IMG/VR virus record: IMGVR_UViG_3300027692_000003
Source of the DNA: a virus
Lineage: Duplodnaviria; Heunggongvirae; Uroviricota; Caudoviricetes
DNA: 64,000 nucleotides
Direction: 5' to 3' (one strand)
Each line of letters opens with the position of its first letter. Position 1 is the stretch's first letter. Shown one piece after another: positions 34,219-43,533 of this stretch. Both the position numbers and the translations under genes were made by a program. The notes beneath the pieces are model-generated. The model worked only from the letters and a program-made list of their open reading frames with translations. It was not told the DNA's origin and did no database searches.

Positions 34219-34845
34219 TCAGAACGCGCTGAGGGTCTCCGACGTCAGCGTGTAGAGGCCCTGTGCGCCGTACACCTCGGGGGTGACCGACATGACGATC
34301 CCGGCCCCGGCGGCGCTGAGGTTGATCGCCGAGCCACCCGAGGTGGCGGACAGCTCGAATGTGGACCCCGACGCGGAGACGATGTAGTAGATCGTCCCGG
34401 CAGTGATCCCCGCGGGGAGGGTGGCGCCGGCGCCGGGGAACACGACGACCGTGTTCCCGCTGGTGTAGGAACTGCCGGGTGCAGTGAAGACGCCGGGAGA
34501 TGCGAGGGTTGCCGTGAACGCGTACGGGGTGCCGGCGTCGTTCGGGCCCATCCCGGCGCAGGTCCCTGCGGTGACGGCCGAGAACAGGCCGACGAACGCG
34601 ACTGTTGACCCGGCGGGGACGTTGAACGCCCCGGCTACCGAAGCGGACCCCTTCGAGCCGCCGGCTGCCCCCGACCAGGTGACTGCCTGCCGTGCATAGG
34701 CCGGGGAGCCGCCGGTCAGCTCGTTCGCGGTGCCGGTGGCGCTGTAGGCGCTGAACAGTCCCGCGTAGCCGATGATGCTGGACGGGGTGCCGCCGCTGAG
34801 TGCGTCCAGCATCTGGTCCTGGGCGCTGGCGGTGAACATGGTCAA
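34219..34845 (-). CDS. tail fibre / structural protein (Gly/Ala/Thr-rich)
   Basis: ORF MTMFTASAQDQMLDALSGGTPSSIIGYAGLFSAYSATGTANELTGG... Confidence 0.45.
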   Translation of the reverse strand: MTMFTASAQDQMLDALSGGTPSSIIGYAGLFSAYSATGTANELTGGSPAYARQAVTWSGAAGGSKGSASVAGAFNVPAGSTVAFVGLFSAVTAGTCAGMGPNDAGTPYAFTATLASPGVFTAPGSSYTSGNTVVVFPGAGATLPAGITAGTIYYIVSASGSTFELSATSGGSAINLSAAGAGIVMSVTPEVYGAQGLYTLTSETLSAF

Positions 34846-34887
34846 GGCGGTCTCCTATGCTGGCGGCGTGAATGGGCGGTCCGGGGC

Positions 34888-35451
34888 TCAGGCTTTCTCG
34901 AACTCGACGTAGCACAGCGCGCTGACTGCCGTGCCGAACAGCATCCTGACCCGCAGGCAGTCGCCGGCCTTGACGCCGAACTCCCGGCCGAGGGGGAGCT
35001 GCTTCCAGTACTGGTTCGTCGGCGCGATCTGCTCGCTGCCGCCGAGGCGCCCGGACGTGATCGCGCCTTCAGCTGTCGAGGTGTAGCCGGACAGGGCCGT
35101 CCCGAGCTGCAGCGGCACGCCCGTGGACCCGGACGTGTTGGCCGGGGCATACGGGTTGTTCTGCGGCTGGACATCTCCCGTGCCGTATGCGGTGACGGTC
35201 GCGAAGACGGTCCCGGTGTCGATCAGCTCGACACTGCCGGGGGCAGCTGCCGCGTCACCGCCGAAGCTGCATCCCCAGTCGGTCACGATGATGTCGATGC
35301 CGGGTGCGAGCTGGAGCATCGTCTTGATGCTGGTCCCGGTGGTGACCGGGGCGAGGACGGTCGTGGTCGGTGCGGGACCGTTCCACACCCTGTAGGTGAT
35401 GCCCACTGGTCCTCCTAGTAGGTCGAGGCGCGGTTGACCGCCTGGCCGCAC
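34888..35451 (-). CDS. phage structural protein (hypothetical)
   Basis: ORF ...VGITYRVWNGPAPTTTVLAPVTTGTSIKTMLQLAPGIDIIVTDWGCSFGG... Confidence 0.4.
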   Translation of the reverse strand: MRPGGQPRLDLLGGPVGITYRVWNGPAPTTTVLAPVTTGTSIKTMLQLAPGIDIIVTDWGCSFGGDAAAAPGSVELIDTGTVFATVTAYGTGDVQPQNNPYAPANTSGSTGVPLQLGTALSGYTSTAEGAITSGRLGGSEQIAPTNQYWKQLPLGREFGVKAGDCLRVRMLFGTAVSALCYVEFEKA

Positions 35452-36653
35452 AGGCGGTTCGGCGGCGGGCAGAACACGAGCGGCGTGACCTCGACGTCCA
35501 CCCAGTAGGACTGGCCCTCAGTGGCCACGTACTGGCTGGGGTAGAGGAACGTCGTGCCGCTCGTCTCGTACGTGCACTGACCCGGTGACGTGGCGGTCGT
35601 GACGCTGGGGACCGTGACCGGGCCGGTGGTGATCCCGTTCGCGCCGGCCCCGGTGGTGAAGTAGTTCAGCGAGTACACGTTGAACCCGCTCGGGGTCGCG
35701 TTCCCGTTCCACACGCTGGTCTTGTAGTCCCCGGCGGGGAGCGTCGCGCCGCTGTACGCGCAGGCCACCCACCCCGAACCCGCGGCCCCGGTCCACGACG
35801 GCGATGTGCTGAGCGTCCCGGGGACCATCGTCTGGGTGGCGACGTCCCAGATCGCGCACTGGGTCGGCAGCTGGGTCACGCCGGCGGGCGAGTAGAACCA
35901 GATATTGTCCAGGGCGCACACCTGGGACAGGGTGAACTCGGTGCCGAGGATGTAGTTGTCGCTCGCGTCCGTGCCCGTGCCGGTGGCGGCGACGTCATAC
36001 TTGGCCGGCCAGATCCGGTAGGACCCGGCATACCCGCTGGGCGCGGTACTGCTGACCAGGACATCGACCCAGAAGCTGGATGAGCTGCTGCCCTGGACCG
36101 GCATGTAGACGCTGGGGTCCGCATGGCCGGAGACGTCACCGAACGCACCCTGCGGGATGTTGGGGGTCGCCGGGCTGCTGCCGCCGGACGTGCCGTCGGA
36201 GTAGGCGTACAGCGGGCCGTTCGTGATGCCCGCCGCGTACGGGTCGCCGGACCCGAACTGGCTGTTGCTGATCGGGAAGCCGTTGACGGCGGTCCATCCG
36301 GTGCAGGCCAGGTACTGCGTGCCGATGGCCAGCTGGATCGGGGCCGTCAGGGCGGTGTAATTCCAGGCGCCCGCGGTCAGGGTCCCGGAGGTGACGGTCG
36401 CGGCAGGGATCAGGGTTCCGCCGCTGGTAGAGGTGACGTTCCACAGGGCGAACTTCTGCGCGCCCGTGTCACCGCCGGCCGGGCACCACCAGTAGTAGCC
36501 CTGGAGCCAGAGACCGCCCTGGGTGACCTCGAAGTTCGTGCCTGCCTGGAACACGCCGCTGTAGGAGGTCAGGCCAGGGGGCTGCGTGCCCGACGACCCC
36601 ACGCCGGGCCTGCCGGCCGTACCGTCCATCAGGCGGTAGGTGGTCACGGGCAC
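35415..36653 (-). CDS. minor tail / baseplate-like structural protein (412 aa)
   Basis: Thr/Gly/Ser-rich beta-type composition typical of tail proteins (MPVTTYRLMDGTAGRPGVGSSGTQPPGLTSYSGVFQAGTNFEVTQGGLWLQGYYWW...). Confidence 0.5.
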   Translation of the reverse strand: MPVTTYRLMDGTAGRPGVGSSGTQPPGLTSYSGVFQAGTNFEVTQGGLWLQGYYWWCPAGGDTGAQKFALWNVTSTSGGTLIPAATVTSGTLTAGAWNYTALTAPIQLAIGTQYLACTGWTAVNGFPISNSQFGSGDPYAAGITNGPLYAYSDGTSGGSSPATPNIPQGAFGDVSGHADPSVYMPVQGSSSSSFWVDVLVSSTAPSGYAGSYRIWPAKYDVAATGTGTDASDNYILGTEFTLSQVCALDNIWFYSPAGVTQLPTQCAIWDVATQTMVPGTLSTSPSWTGAAGSGWVACAYSGATLPAGDYKTSVWNGNATPSGFNVYSLNYFTTGAGANGITTGPVTVPSVTTATSPGQCTYETSGTTFLYPSQYVATEGQSYWVDVEVTPLVFCPPPNRLCGQAVNRASTY

Positions 36654-36788
36654 ACCCCCGTACGCCGGTCAGGCGGCTGCTGCCGCTGTAGCTCGGGGTG
36701 GTGCTGGCGGGCCGCGGCAGGAAACCCCGGATATCCGGATTGCCGTAGCAGGCCAGACGCCGGGTACGGGGGGTTTGCGGGTGCCGGG

Positions 36789-37085
36789 TCAGCTGGCGTC
36801 GCCGTCCAGGAGCAGCCCGGCGATCCGGGCCGCCTCCGCCACGGCGGCCTCGGCTTCGGTGACGAGCTCGCTGACCGTCCCGCCCGCGGCGGGGTCAGCC
36901 TGCTTCGCGAGGGCGGCGACCAGGGTCGCGAGCCGGGTCAGGACAGGTGCCTGGGCGACGGCTGCCTGCAGTGCCTTCCGGGTGTCCGCTTCGACGGCCT
37001 CGATGCGGGGGCCGGCGTCTTTCTCGAACCAGGCCCTGATCCGGGCGGCGAGTCCTTCAGGGAGCGGGGTGACAGGTGCGGTCAC
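36789..37085 (-). CDS. hypothetical helical protein
   Basis: ORF MTAPVTPLPEGLAARIRAWFEKDAGPRIEAVEADTRKALQAAVAQAPVLTRLATLVAALAKQ... Confidence 0.4.
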   Translation of the reverse strand: MTAPVTPLPEGLAARIRAWFEKDAGPRIEAVEADTRKALQAAVAQAPVLTRLATLVAALAKQADPAAGGTVSELVTEAEAAVAEAARIAGLLLDGDAS

Positions 37086-37145
37086 GGGGGCAGGTTCCTT
37101 CCGTGCGGGACAATGAGGGGGTTTGCGCAGATGCCGGCGGCTGTC

Positions 37146-37898
37146 TCAGGCCGCTAGCCGGTCCAGGTCTGCGGTGAGGGCTGCGACGGCGATGCCGTGG
37201 CCGTCGGTGCCGGCGGTGGTGATCTCGCCGGTCATGACGGCCCAGGCCTCGTCGGAGAGGTAATGCCAGGCGCTGTAGGCGATCGGCTGGACCGTTCCCC
37301 AGGTGATCGCGTACAGGAATTCGGAATCGTATCCGGCGATGATGACGCAGTGGCCGCCGAGTTCCTCGCTGCCGAGGGTGTCGAGGGTCCACGGCTGCCC
37401 CGCGTCCGTGGCCGTCATCATCCCCTGTGTCACGGTTATCCCCGTATAGGCCCAGTTGTACGAACTGACAGCGAACTGGAGCGTGGGAATGTCATGGACC
37501 CCGACCGGTGCATACGCCCCGACGGTGTGCCCGTAGAACTTCTGCGCCCGGACGTAAGCCAGGTACTGGGACAGGACGACACCGGTGTCCTGCCCGCCGG
37601 TGTACCGCAGGTAGTAGTCCACGACCTGGCCGGAGTCCGGGAATGCCTCCTTCTCGGCGGTGTCGGCCGCGTTCAGAAGGAACCCGTGGTCCAGGCCGGC
37701 CGGCCCGCAGTTCCCGACACCCTGCGGCGCGACCGTGCAGGACGGGTCCGGACCATTGCCCAGCATCCCCCACGCAAGGTCAGGTACCGGCACCTTCGCC
37801 GGGGCCTTAGGGAGGGAGCCGGCAGCGTAGAAGGTCAGGTCACGCAGTCCGGCTGGCATGAGCGCCGGGAGACGGCCGAGAAGACGGGCAGCAGGCAC
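37146..37898 (-). CDS. papain-like (C1-type) cysteine peptidase; putative lysin component
   Basis: GVGNCGPAG (Cys motif), GGHCVIIAGYD (papain His motif GHAVxxVGYG-like), YAITWGTVQ (NSWG-like). Confidence 0.5.
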   Translation of the reverse strand: MPAARLLGRLPALMPAGLRDLTFYAAGSLPKAPAKVPVPDLAWGMLGNGPDPSCTVAPQGVGNCGPAGLDHGFLLNAADTAEKEAFPDSGQVVDYYLRYTGGQDTGVVLSQYLAYVRAQKFYGHTVGAYAPVGVHDIPTLQFAVSSYNWAYTGITVTQGMMTATDAGQPWTLDTLGSEELGGHCVIIAGYDSEFLYAITWGTVQPIAYSAWHYLSDEAWAVMTGEITTAGTDGHGIAVAALTADLDRLAA

Positions 37899-37968
37899 GC
37901 TGGAACCTCCGGAGCAGATGGGGGGAATGAGGACACGAGCCGGTGCCAGGTCACGGCGGTGTTCAAGG

Positions 37969-38664
37969 TCACCGGGGAGAACCCGGCTTCGGGGTGACTG
38001 GGGCAGGGACGGTCAGGGCGGCGAGCTCGGCGGATGACCCGTGGTACGCGGAGCAGTCACATGAGCCGATTCCCGGTACCGGGTACGACGCCGTGAACTG
38101 CCACATCTGGTGCGGGAATGCGGGCTCGTCCTGCTGGTACGCGGCGACCCACTGCGGCTGCAGGCGCTTCGCCTCGGCGAAGTCCAGGCCCGAGTACAGC
38201 CACGGGCCCCCGGCCGGGGTCCGGGCCAGCTGCGGGTACGCGGCGAGGATCTCTGCCCGCCACGCCTCCCACACTGCGGCCTGGTCCCCGTCGCCTGTCT
38301 CCAGGTCGGCGATCGGGAGCTCACCGGGACGCAGCGGCCCCAGCAGGCTGGCGAGGGCACGGGCCTGGCCGGCGGGGTCCTGGCCGGGGACGAGGAACTG
38401 GTAGATGCCGAGGAAGACCGCGCCGCCGGCGTGGAGGTCCCCGCGGCGGGCACCGCCGTACCAGGCGCCGTCGTCCATGTCCTCGCCGTACATCGCCCGG
38501 ATGATCACTGCCTTGGACCAGGCGAGATAGACCGGGTCATCGACGTCGGGCTGGAACCCGGACACGTCCGCGAGCAGGATGCTGCGGGTACTGTCCAGTG
38601 CCGGGATGCCGCGTGGTTCCCCGCCGGCCCGCAGGACGGCCGGTCTTGCGTCAGTGACTGGCAT
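37969..38664 (-). CDS. GH25-family muramidase (endolysin)
   Basis: ILLADVSGFQPDVDD...AVIIRAMYG...GIYQFLV matches the GH25 DVSxxQ / FxIIKATEG / YHF pattern. Confidence 0.6.
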   Translation of the reverse strand: MPVTDARPAVLRAGGEPRGIPALDSTRSILLADVSGFQPDVDDPVYLAWSKAVIIRAMYGEDMDDGAWYGGARRGDLHAGGAVFLGIYQFLVPGQDPAGQARALASLLGPLRPGELPIADLETGDGDQAAVWEAWRAEILAAYPQLARTPAGGPWLYSGLDFAEAKRLQPQWVAAYQQDEPAFPHQMWQFTASYPVPGIGSCDCSAYHGSSAELAALTVPAPVTPKPGSPR

Positions 38665-38732
38665 GGTCAGCCTGCCCCCTCTGGTTTGTCGTGGTACCCG
38701 GAAATGTCATACCCGTGCCGTAGCGTGGCCTC

Positions 38733-39083
38733 ATGGATACGCTGCCTGACACGGACCGGCGAGTAGAGCCGCTCTGGCCCGAGCTGGATGAGCCCGAGGT
38801 GCCGTACACGGTCACCGTCGACCTCGAGCTGCCCCCCGGCGACGCCGGAGCCGGGCACCTCGAAAGATTCGTCGCCGGGGTCCGGGCGTTCGAGCGGCTC
38901 GCGCAGCTCGAGGAATCCCTGATCGTCATCACGCCGGTCGCCCGCGCCCAGGTGACGGTGCCGGGCCGGTCCGGGCCACGCGCGATGGAGAGCGTGCTCG
39001 CGGCGGTCGCGGAGATCGCCGGGGACTGGCTCCGGGTCAAGGAGGTCCGTGGCGAGCTCGCCCCGCCGCCCGCCCGCGCCTAG
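38733..39083 (+). CDS. hypothetical protein (plus-strand moron)
   Basis: ORF MDTLPDTDRRVEPLWPELDEPEVPYTVTVDLELPPGDAGAGHLERFVAGVRAFERLAQLEESLIVITPVARAQV... Confidence 0.4.
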   Translation: MDTLPDTDRRVEPLWPELDEPEVPYTVTVDLELPPGDAGAGHLERFVAGVRAFERLAQLEESLIVITPVARAQVTVPGRSGPRAMESVLAAVAEIAGDWLRVKEVRGELAPPPARA

Positions 39084-39143
39084 TCAGGTCAGCAGGCCCG
39101 CGAAGCCGAGCGGGGCTAGGCTTCGCGCCGGCAAGCTGGTTAC

Positions 39144-39326
39144 ATGGATAAGCGCGATGAGCGGGTCAATTTCATGGCCAAGCTGCCCCGTGATCTCCAC
39201 CGCTGGCTCAAGATCACAGCGGCGGAACGCGGTACCGACATGAACTCTGTCCTCGTTGACGCTCTTAAGGCGACTGCCGGACATTCGGCGCCCTTGACGA
39301 CGATGAGGAGCCGCTGTGACCCTTGA
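39144..39326 (+). CDS. Arc/MetJ-type ribbon-helix-helix protein (antitoxin-like)
   Basis: MAKLPRDLHRWLKITAAERGTDMNSVLVDALK is a classic RHH beta-strand plus helices. Confidence 0.55.
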   Translation: MDKRDERVNFMAKLPRDLHRWLKITAAERGTDMNSVLVDALKATAGHSAPLTTMRSRCDP

Positions 39327-39717
39327 TGAGGTGATCGCGGCGAGGATGCCGGCCGGGACGATGGTCTACTACTGCCCGTTCGCCGACTGGGTGCACCCGC
39401 AGGCACCGATGACCACAGAAGAGATCGCGGCCAGCTTCAGCCGCTCGGTCGCCGAGGTGCTCGGCGAGCGGCTGGCCGAGGCCGAAGGGGCGATCAAGGC
39501 TCACCTTGAGACCCACACGCTGCTGGAGTGGCTGACACGGTGCCAGCATCTGGAGGGTCAGGTGGCCACCGCGAACACCCGCGCCGGCGAGATCGTCCAG
39601 CACGCCCCGGCGATCCTGTCCGCCCTGCATCTCGCTCTGGCGAACGCGGAAGGCCCGGAACTCGCCCGGCCCTACCGTGAGGCACTGGACGCTACCGGAT
39701 GGGACAAGAGGCTCTAG
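39316..39717 (+). CDS. hypothetical protein overlapping the RHH gene by 11 nt (toxin-like partner candidate)
   Basis: ORF MTLDEVIAARMPAGTMVYYCPFADWVHPQAPMTTEEIAASFSRSVAEVLGERLAEAEGAIKAHLETHTLLEWLTRCQHLEG... Confidence 0.4.
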   Translation: MTLDEVIAARMPAGTMVYYCPFADWVHPQAPMTTEEIAASFSRSVAEVLGERLAEAEGAIKAHLETHTLLEWLTRCQHLEGQVATANTRAGEIVQHAPAILSALHLALANAEGPELARPYREALDATGWDKRL

Positions 39718-40349
39718 CGGATCGGGGCTTCACCCGGATTGTCCCCGCTGCCGGGGTTGCGGTGCTGCCGTCCGAGCGTGTGCTTCTGCACCTCTGCGGC
39801 GAACGCGGCCCCGTCAATGTCGAGCCCGGTCGTGGTCTGGTGCGTGACCGCGGGGACGGTGACAGGGGCGGGCTGCGCGAGTGCTGCCCGGACCTGCTCG
39901 GTCAGTGCCGTGTTCGCGGTGAGCTGCTCAAGGATGGCGAGGATCTTGTCATCCTGTGCCGCGAGGTGCGCGGCCTGCTCGGACTGGCCGTGGAGCAGCA
40001 ACTCGACGTCATCGAACTGCCGCTTGTTCATCTTGTCGGTAGCCTCAGCGAGGACAGCGGCACCCACGATGATGATCGGGAGCAGCACCAGCTGTATGAA
40101 CTGCGAGCTGGCCCACTGGACGAACCCGGCCGCCCCGCCGTGCAAACCCGCGGGAAGGCCATAGAACGCCAGTGCGCAAAATGCGTATGCACACCACATA
40201 GTCCCTACCCCGCGCGTCACAATTACCGCAGCGCGGGTGTTGAAGCGGACGACGGGATTCGCACCCGGGTTCGCCCCGCCGACCTTCACGGGGCCGTTCT
40301 CCGCGCGGTGCTTCAGGTGCGGATGGGGGACGTGCTGGTACAGGCTCAC
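39714..40349 (-). CDS. membrane protein with 2-3 TM helices (possible holin/lysis-associated)
   Basis: MWCAYAFCALAFYGLPAGL...FIQLVLLPIIIVGAAVLAEATDKMNKRQFDDVELLLHGQSEQ. Confidence 0.45.
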   Translation of the reverse strand: MSLYQHVPHPHLKHRAENGPVKVGGANPGANPVVRFNTRAAVIVTRGVGTMWCAYAFCALAFYGLPAGLHGGAAGFVQWASSQFIQLVLLPIIIVGAAVLAEATDKMNKRQFDDVELLLHGQSEQAAHLAAQDDKILAILEQLTANTALTEQVRAALAQPAPVTVPAVTHQTTTGLDIDGAAFAAEVQKHTLGRQHRNPGSGDNPGEAPIR

Positions 40350-40380
40350 GGGGCCTCTCCTCGGTGCTGCTTGTCGGGGG

Positions 40381-40746
40381 TCACGCCGGACCCAGCTCGC
40401 CGTCCCGGAGCCAGTAGTGCCCTCCCGGGCATGTGCCGTGCTTCCATCCGCCGCACCCGAGCGACGGCGTGAGCGTCGGCTTCTCCTCGGTGCCGCTGTT
40501 CACCCACCGCGGCGCATCCCACCCGCTGACCGGCTGGTCGCCCATCTGCCCGTACAGCCAGCGGCCACAGCCGGGGCAGAGCCAGGAAAACGAGCGGTGG
40601 CCGCCCGCAGCAGGCCACCACACGAACAGGGAAGTGCCCCGCACGGCCTGCTCGCCGAGCTCGAAGTCGTCGCGTGAAAGCCCCGATGAACGGAAGCGCT
40701 TGTTCCGCCCGGCCATCTCCTCCGCGGAAATAACCAGTACCTTCAC
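40381..40746 (-). CDS. small zinc-ribbon-like protein, GTGA-coupled to the upstream peptidase gene
   Basis: C-terminal SFSWLCPGCGRWLYGQMGD...LGCGGWKHGTCPGGHYW. Remainder of the 335-aa track ORF is Arg/Pro artefact. Confidence 0.4.
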   Translation of the reverse strand: MKVLVISAEEMAGRNKRFRSSGLSRDDFELGEQAVRGTSLFVWWPAAGGHRSFSWLCPGCGRWLYGQMGDQPVSGWDAPRWVNSGTEEKPTLTPSLGCGGWKHGTCPGGHYWLRDGELGPA

Positions 40747-41438
40747 CGGGGCGCCCCGGCTAGCCCGGCTAGTGCCGCATCCCACCAGTCGCGGACTGCT
40801 GGTATCCGCTCGGGCCGGGTGATGCCGGGGTGGGGCCAGAACTCTGCCTCGAGCCCGCAGACCAGGATCCGGAAGTCGTCGGCGAAGATCTCGCAGGCCG
40901 AGTCGTGCCAGGTGCCGCCGTCGCCGTGGTGGACGCTGGAGGCGGGCAGGCCCCGGACGGCGGCGTATTCCTGGTAGAGCGGATCCGCGCTGGCGACGTT
41001 CTTCGCCCCGTCGCCGCGGAGGCTGTTCAGCATGCAGGCGACGTTGTGGCCGTACTCGTGCCCCGTCAGGTGCCTTGTCATCGCCGGGTGCGGCGGGATC
41101 CGCTTCCCCGACATCAGGATCAGGCCGGTCCGCTCGGCGACCCATTCCCCGCTGACGTAGCGGCCTTCCTCGATGTTGGAGTGGCCGTTGGACCTGGAGT
41201 TCTCCTCCCGGTCCGCGAGATAGCAGTGGACATCCCACAGCGGCGGGCAGCATGCCTGGACATGGGCTGCGGCAGCGACGGCGGTGTCCCGGTCGTGGGG
41301 GTAGGCGGGGAAAGGATCGAACCTGCACGTGAACGCGTACCGGTCCGGAGGGCACCACGCCACCTCCGACCCGGAACGGAACTCCCACCGGCCCTCCCGG
41401 GTCACGTCGAGGTCATGGACGACGATGCCGGGCATCAC
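40743..41438 (-). CDS. HExxH zinc metallopeptidase-like protein
   Basis: MTRHLTGHEYGHNVACML contains HEYGH. Start MPGIVVHDLDVTREGRW. Confidence 0.5.
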   Translation of the reverse strand: MMPGIVVHDLDVTREGRWEFRSGSEVAWCPPDRYAFTCRFDPFPAYPHDRDTAVAAAAHVQACCPPLWDVHCYLADREENSRSNGHSNIEEGRYVSGEWVAERTGLILMSGKRIPPHPAMTRHLTGHEYGHNVACMLNSLRGDGAKNVASADPLYQEYAAVRGLPASSVHHGDGGTWHDSACEIFADDFRILVCGLEAEFWPHPGITRPERIPAVRDWWDAALAGLAGAPR

Positions 41439-41497
41439 TGCACCCGCCTTCCCGTGAGCTGTAAGGTGGGTGTCCGCCGCCGCTGGCGGCATGCGGG

Positions 41498-42223
41498 ATG
41501 AATCCGCAGGAAGGCAGAAGGGGGTGCGGTGCCGTGACGTTCTTTTCCTCGGACACGCACTTCTGCCACGGCCTCGTCGCCGGCAAGCGCGGCTTCGCGT
41601 CGTCAGCTGAGCATGATGATGAGGTGATACGGCGGTGGAACTCCGTCGTCCGCGCCGAGGACATGGTGTGGCATGTCGGTGACGTCGGCCTGGGGAACGA
41701 CACGCAGGTGCTGGAACGGGCATCCCGCCTGAACGGCCGCAAGCACCTGGTCCCCGGGAAGCATGACCGCTGCTGGCCTGGCCACACTGACTCGCGGAAG
41801 CATCAGCGGCGCTGGCTTGAGGTATTCGAGTCGGTGCAGGCGTTCGCCAGGGTCAGGCTCGGGGCACGGATGGTGCTGCTCTCCCACTACCCGTACGAGG
41901 GCGACCATACGGACGAGGACCGCGCCACCCAGTACCGGCTCCGGGACGAGGGCAGGTGGCTGCTCCACGGCCACCTGCACCAGCAGCGGAGACTAGGACC
42001 TGACCCGCGGTACCTGACGATGATGAACCCTCTCGACGGCTCGGGACTGGTCAGCCCGCGCGGCCGGGAAGTGCACGTCGGGCTTGACGCGTGGGACCTG
42101 CGGCCCGCCAGCGAAGCTGACGTCATCGGCGTGATACGCGGATACGAGGACAGCCAGGTGCCGGACGAGGAGACCTCGGCGGCCGTGCTGGCCCGGCTCG
42201 CCGAGGTACGGTCGCAGCGGTAG
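41498..42223 (+). CDS. calcineurin-like metallophosphoesterase (lambda-PPase-like Ser/Thr phosphatase family); alternative GTG start at 41534
   Basis: Motifs FFSSDTHFCH, VWHVGDVG, LVPGKHDR, LLSHYP, LLHGHLH. Confidence 0.65.
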   Translation: MNPQEGRRGCGAVTFFSSDTHFCHGLVAGKRGFASSAEHDDEVIRRWNSVVRAEDMVWHVGDVGLGNDTQVLERASRLNGRKHLVPGKHDRCWPGHTDSRKHQRRWLEVFESVQAFARVRLGARMVLLSHYPYEGDHTDEDRATQYRLRDEGRWLLHGHLHQQRRLGPDPRYLTMMNPLDGSGLVSPRGREVHVGLDAWDLRPASEADVIGVIRGYEDSQVPDEETSAAVLARLAEVRSQR

Positions 42224-42277
42224 CGCACCGTGCTGGCCATTCCATGGCTGCTGGCCGCGCGCTGTACCTGAGGGCCG

Positions 42278-42835
42278 TTACCTTGCTGCGGCGATGAGGC
42301 CGTGCACGTACTGGCTAGCCTCCCAGTCAGAATGGGACGCCGTATGCGCCCCGGCCGGCCCCCGGTGATGGAAGGCGCACAGCCAGCGGAAGTTCGCGTC
42401 CGACTCGACCCACGCCCCCACTGCGGCCGGATCTGAGATGCCGGGGTAGTCCTTCTCCAGCGCGGCCAGATCCACGCCGTTCTGCAAGCTGAACTCCACG
42501 ACATGATGGTGGAGCTCCAGCCCCGGCTGCTCGCCATCCTCGGCCGGCGGCGGGCACGGCTGCATCTGGGCATCCCGGCAGTCCCCGAACCCGATCCGCT
42601 CGCCGATGAAGCACCGCGCCGTGGCCCGGTACTGGCGGTGGTAGTGGTCAAAGTCCGCATAATGCGGGTCGGCGGTTCGTGCTGGGTGCGGCGGGAAATG
42701 CATCACGTAGTGATGAGTCTCGGCCTGCTGGTGCGCGGCCACCTCCTTGCCGAGCTGGGGAGCGCTCACCCCCGCCGCCTTGAGGGTGGCGGCATCCGCA
42801 GCGAATTGCGCGGCGCCATCGGGACGTGCCATCAC
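42278..42835 (-). CDS. HNH endonuclease-like protein
   Basis: ELHHHVVEFSLQNGVDLAALE...NFRWLCAFHHRG fits the HNH H-N-H/Cys pattern. His-rich. Confidence 0.45.
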   Translation of the reverse strand: MMARPDGAAQFAADAATLKAAGVSAPQLGKEVAAHQQAETHHYVMHFPPHPARTADPHYADFDHYHRQYRATARCFIGERIGFGDCRDAQMQPCPPPAEDGEQPGLELHHHVVEFSLQNGVDLAALEKDYPGISDPAAVGAWVESDANFRWLCAFHHRGPAGAHTASHSDWEASQYVHGLIAAAR

Positions 42836-42875
42836 TCACCCCTTGACATCGGTAGGCCAGTCCGCCGGCAGGCTG

Positions 42876-43274
42876 TCAGGTCGGCGGCAGTTTCCCGGCC
42901 AGGAGTGCCCGGCAGTCTGTGGCCTGCACGACGCCGTGAATCGCCAGGGAAAGCCGGTAGCCGTACGACTTCGACAGCGGCACCCCGGTAGCGGACTGCT
43001 GGGCGAACACGGCCCCGGTGCTCGCGTTGTCAAGGCCCACTAGCGCCACGCAGATTGCGCGGGCCTGCTGCTGCCGCTGCTCGGACACGGTGCTGTCGTG
43101 CTGGTCCCGCGCGGCCCAGAACAAGCCGGCCCCGGCGAGGAGGACGGCGATGGCGAACAGGACGACCAGGGAGCGGCGGATGGAGCCGCTGAGGCCAGCC
43201 GCGCCCTTCTCGCCGCGCTTCCCCTCCGGTCCTGCCGGACCCTGCACCGCCAGCCGCTCGTCCCGCTCATTCAC
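42876..43274 (-). CDS. membrane-anchored protein with short collagen-like GxxGxx N-terminus
   Basis: GPAGPEGKRGEKGAAGLSGS followed by TM LVVLFAIAVLLAGAGLFWAA. Confidence 0.4.
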   Translation of the reverse strand: MNERDERLAVQGPAGPEGKRGEKGAAGLSGSIRRSLVVLFAIAVLLAGAGLFWAARDQHDSTVSEQRQQQARAICVALVGLDNASTGAVFAQQSATGVPLSKSYGYRLSLAIHGVVQATDCRALLAGKLPPT

Positions 43275-43533
43275 CTGCGGACGCCTCCTGCGGCTCGGAC
43301 GAAGACGGCGATCCAGGCGGCGGCGATGCAGGCGAGGAATCCGGCGGACCGGAGCCGGGCAGCAGCGCTTTCACGTGCTCGACCGCGGCCGGGGCGGTCA
43401 GGCCCAGTCCCGTCCACAGCAGCGGCGTTGACGGGTGCGCACTGAGCACCTGCACGATGATCACGCCCATCCCGGTGCCGGTCAGCAGGACGTCCCTCAG
43501 AAGCGGCCACCATCGACTCCACGAGGCCATCAC
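43267..43533 (-). CDS. small membrane protein (holin-like candidate)
   Basis: WWPLLRDVLLTGTGMGVIIVQVL...LLWTGLGLTAPAAV hydrophobic segments, then a Pro/Ser-rich tail. Confidence 0.35.
   Translation of the reverse strand: MMASWSRWWPLLRDVLLTGTGMGVIIVQVLSAHPSTPLLWTGLGLTAPAAVEHVKALLPGSGPPDSSPASPPPGSPSSSEPQEASAGE

Noticed and set aside
40381-41388. Full 335-aa minus-strand ORF
   Set aside because: Only the last 121 codons have protein-like composition. The remainder is antisense or out-of-frame overlap with the HExxH peptidase gene.
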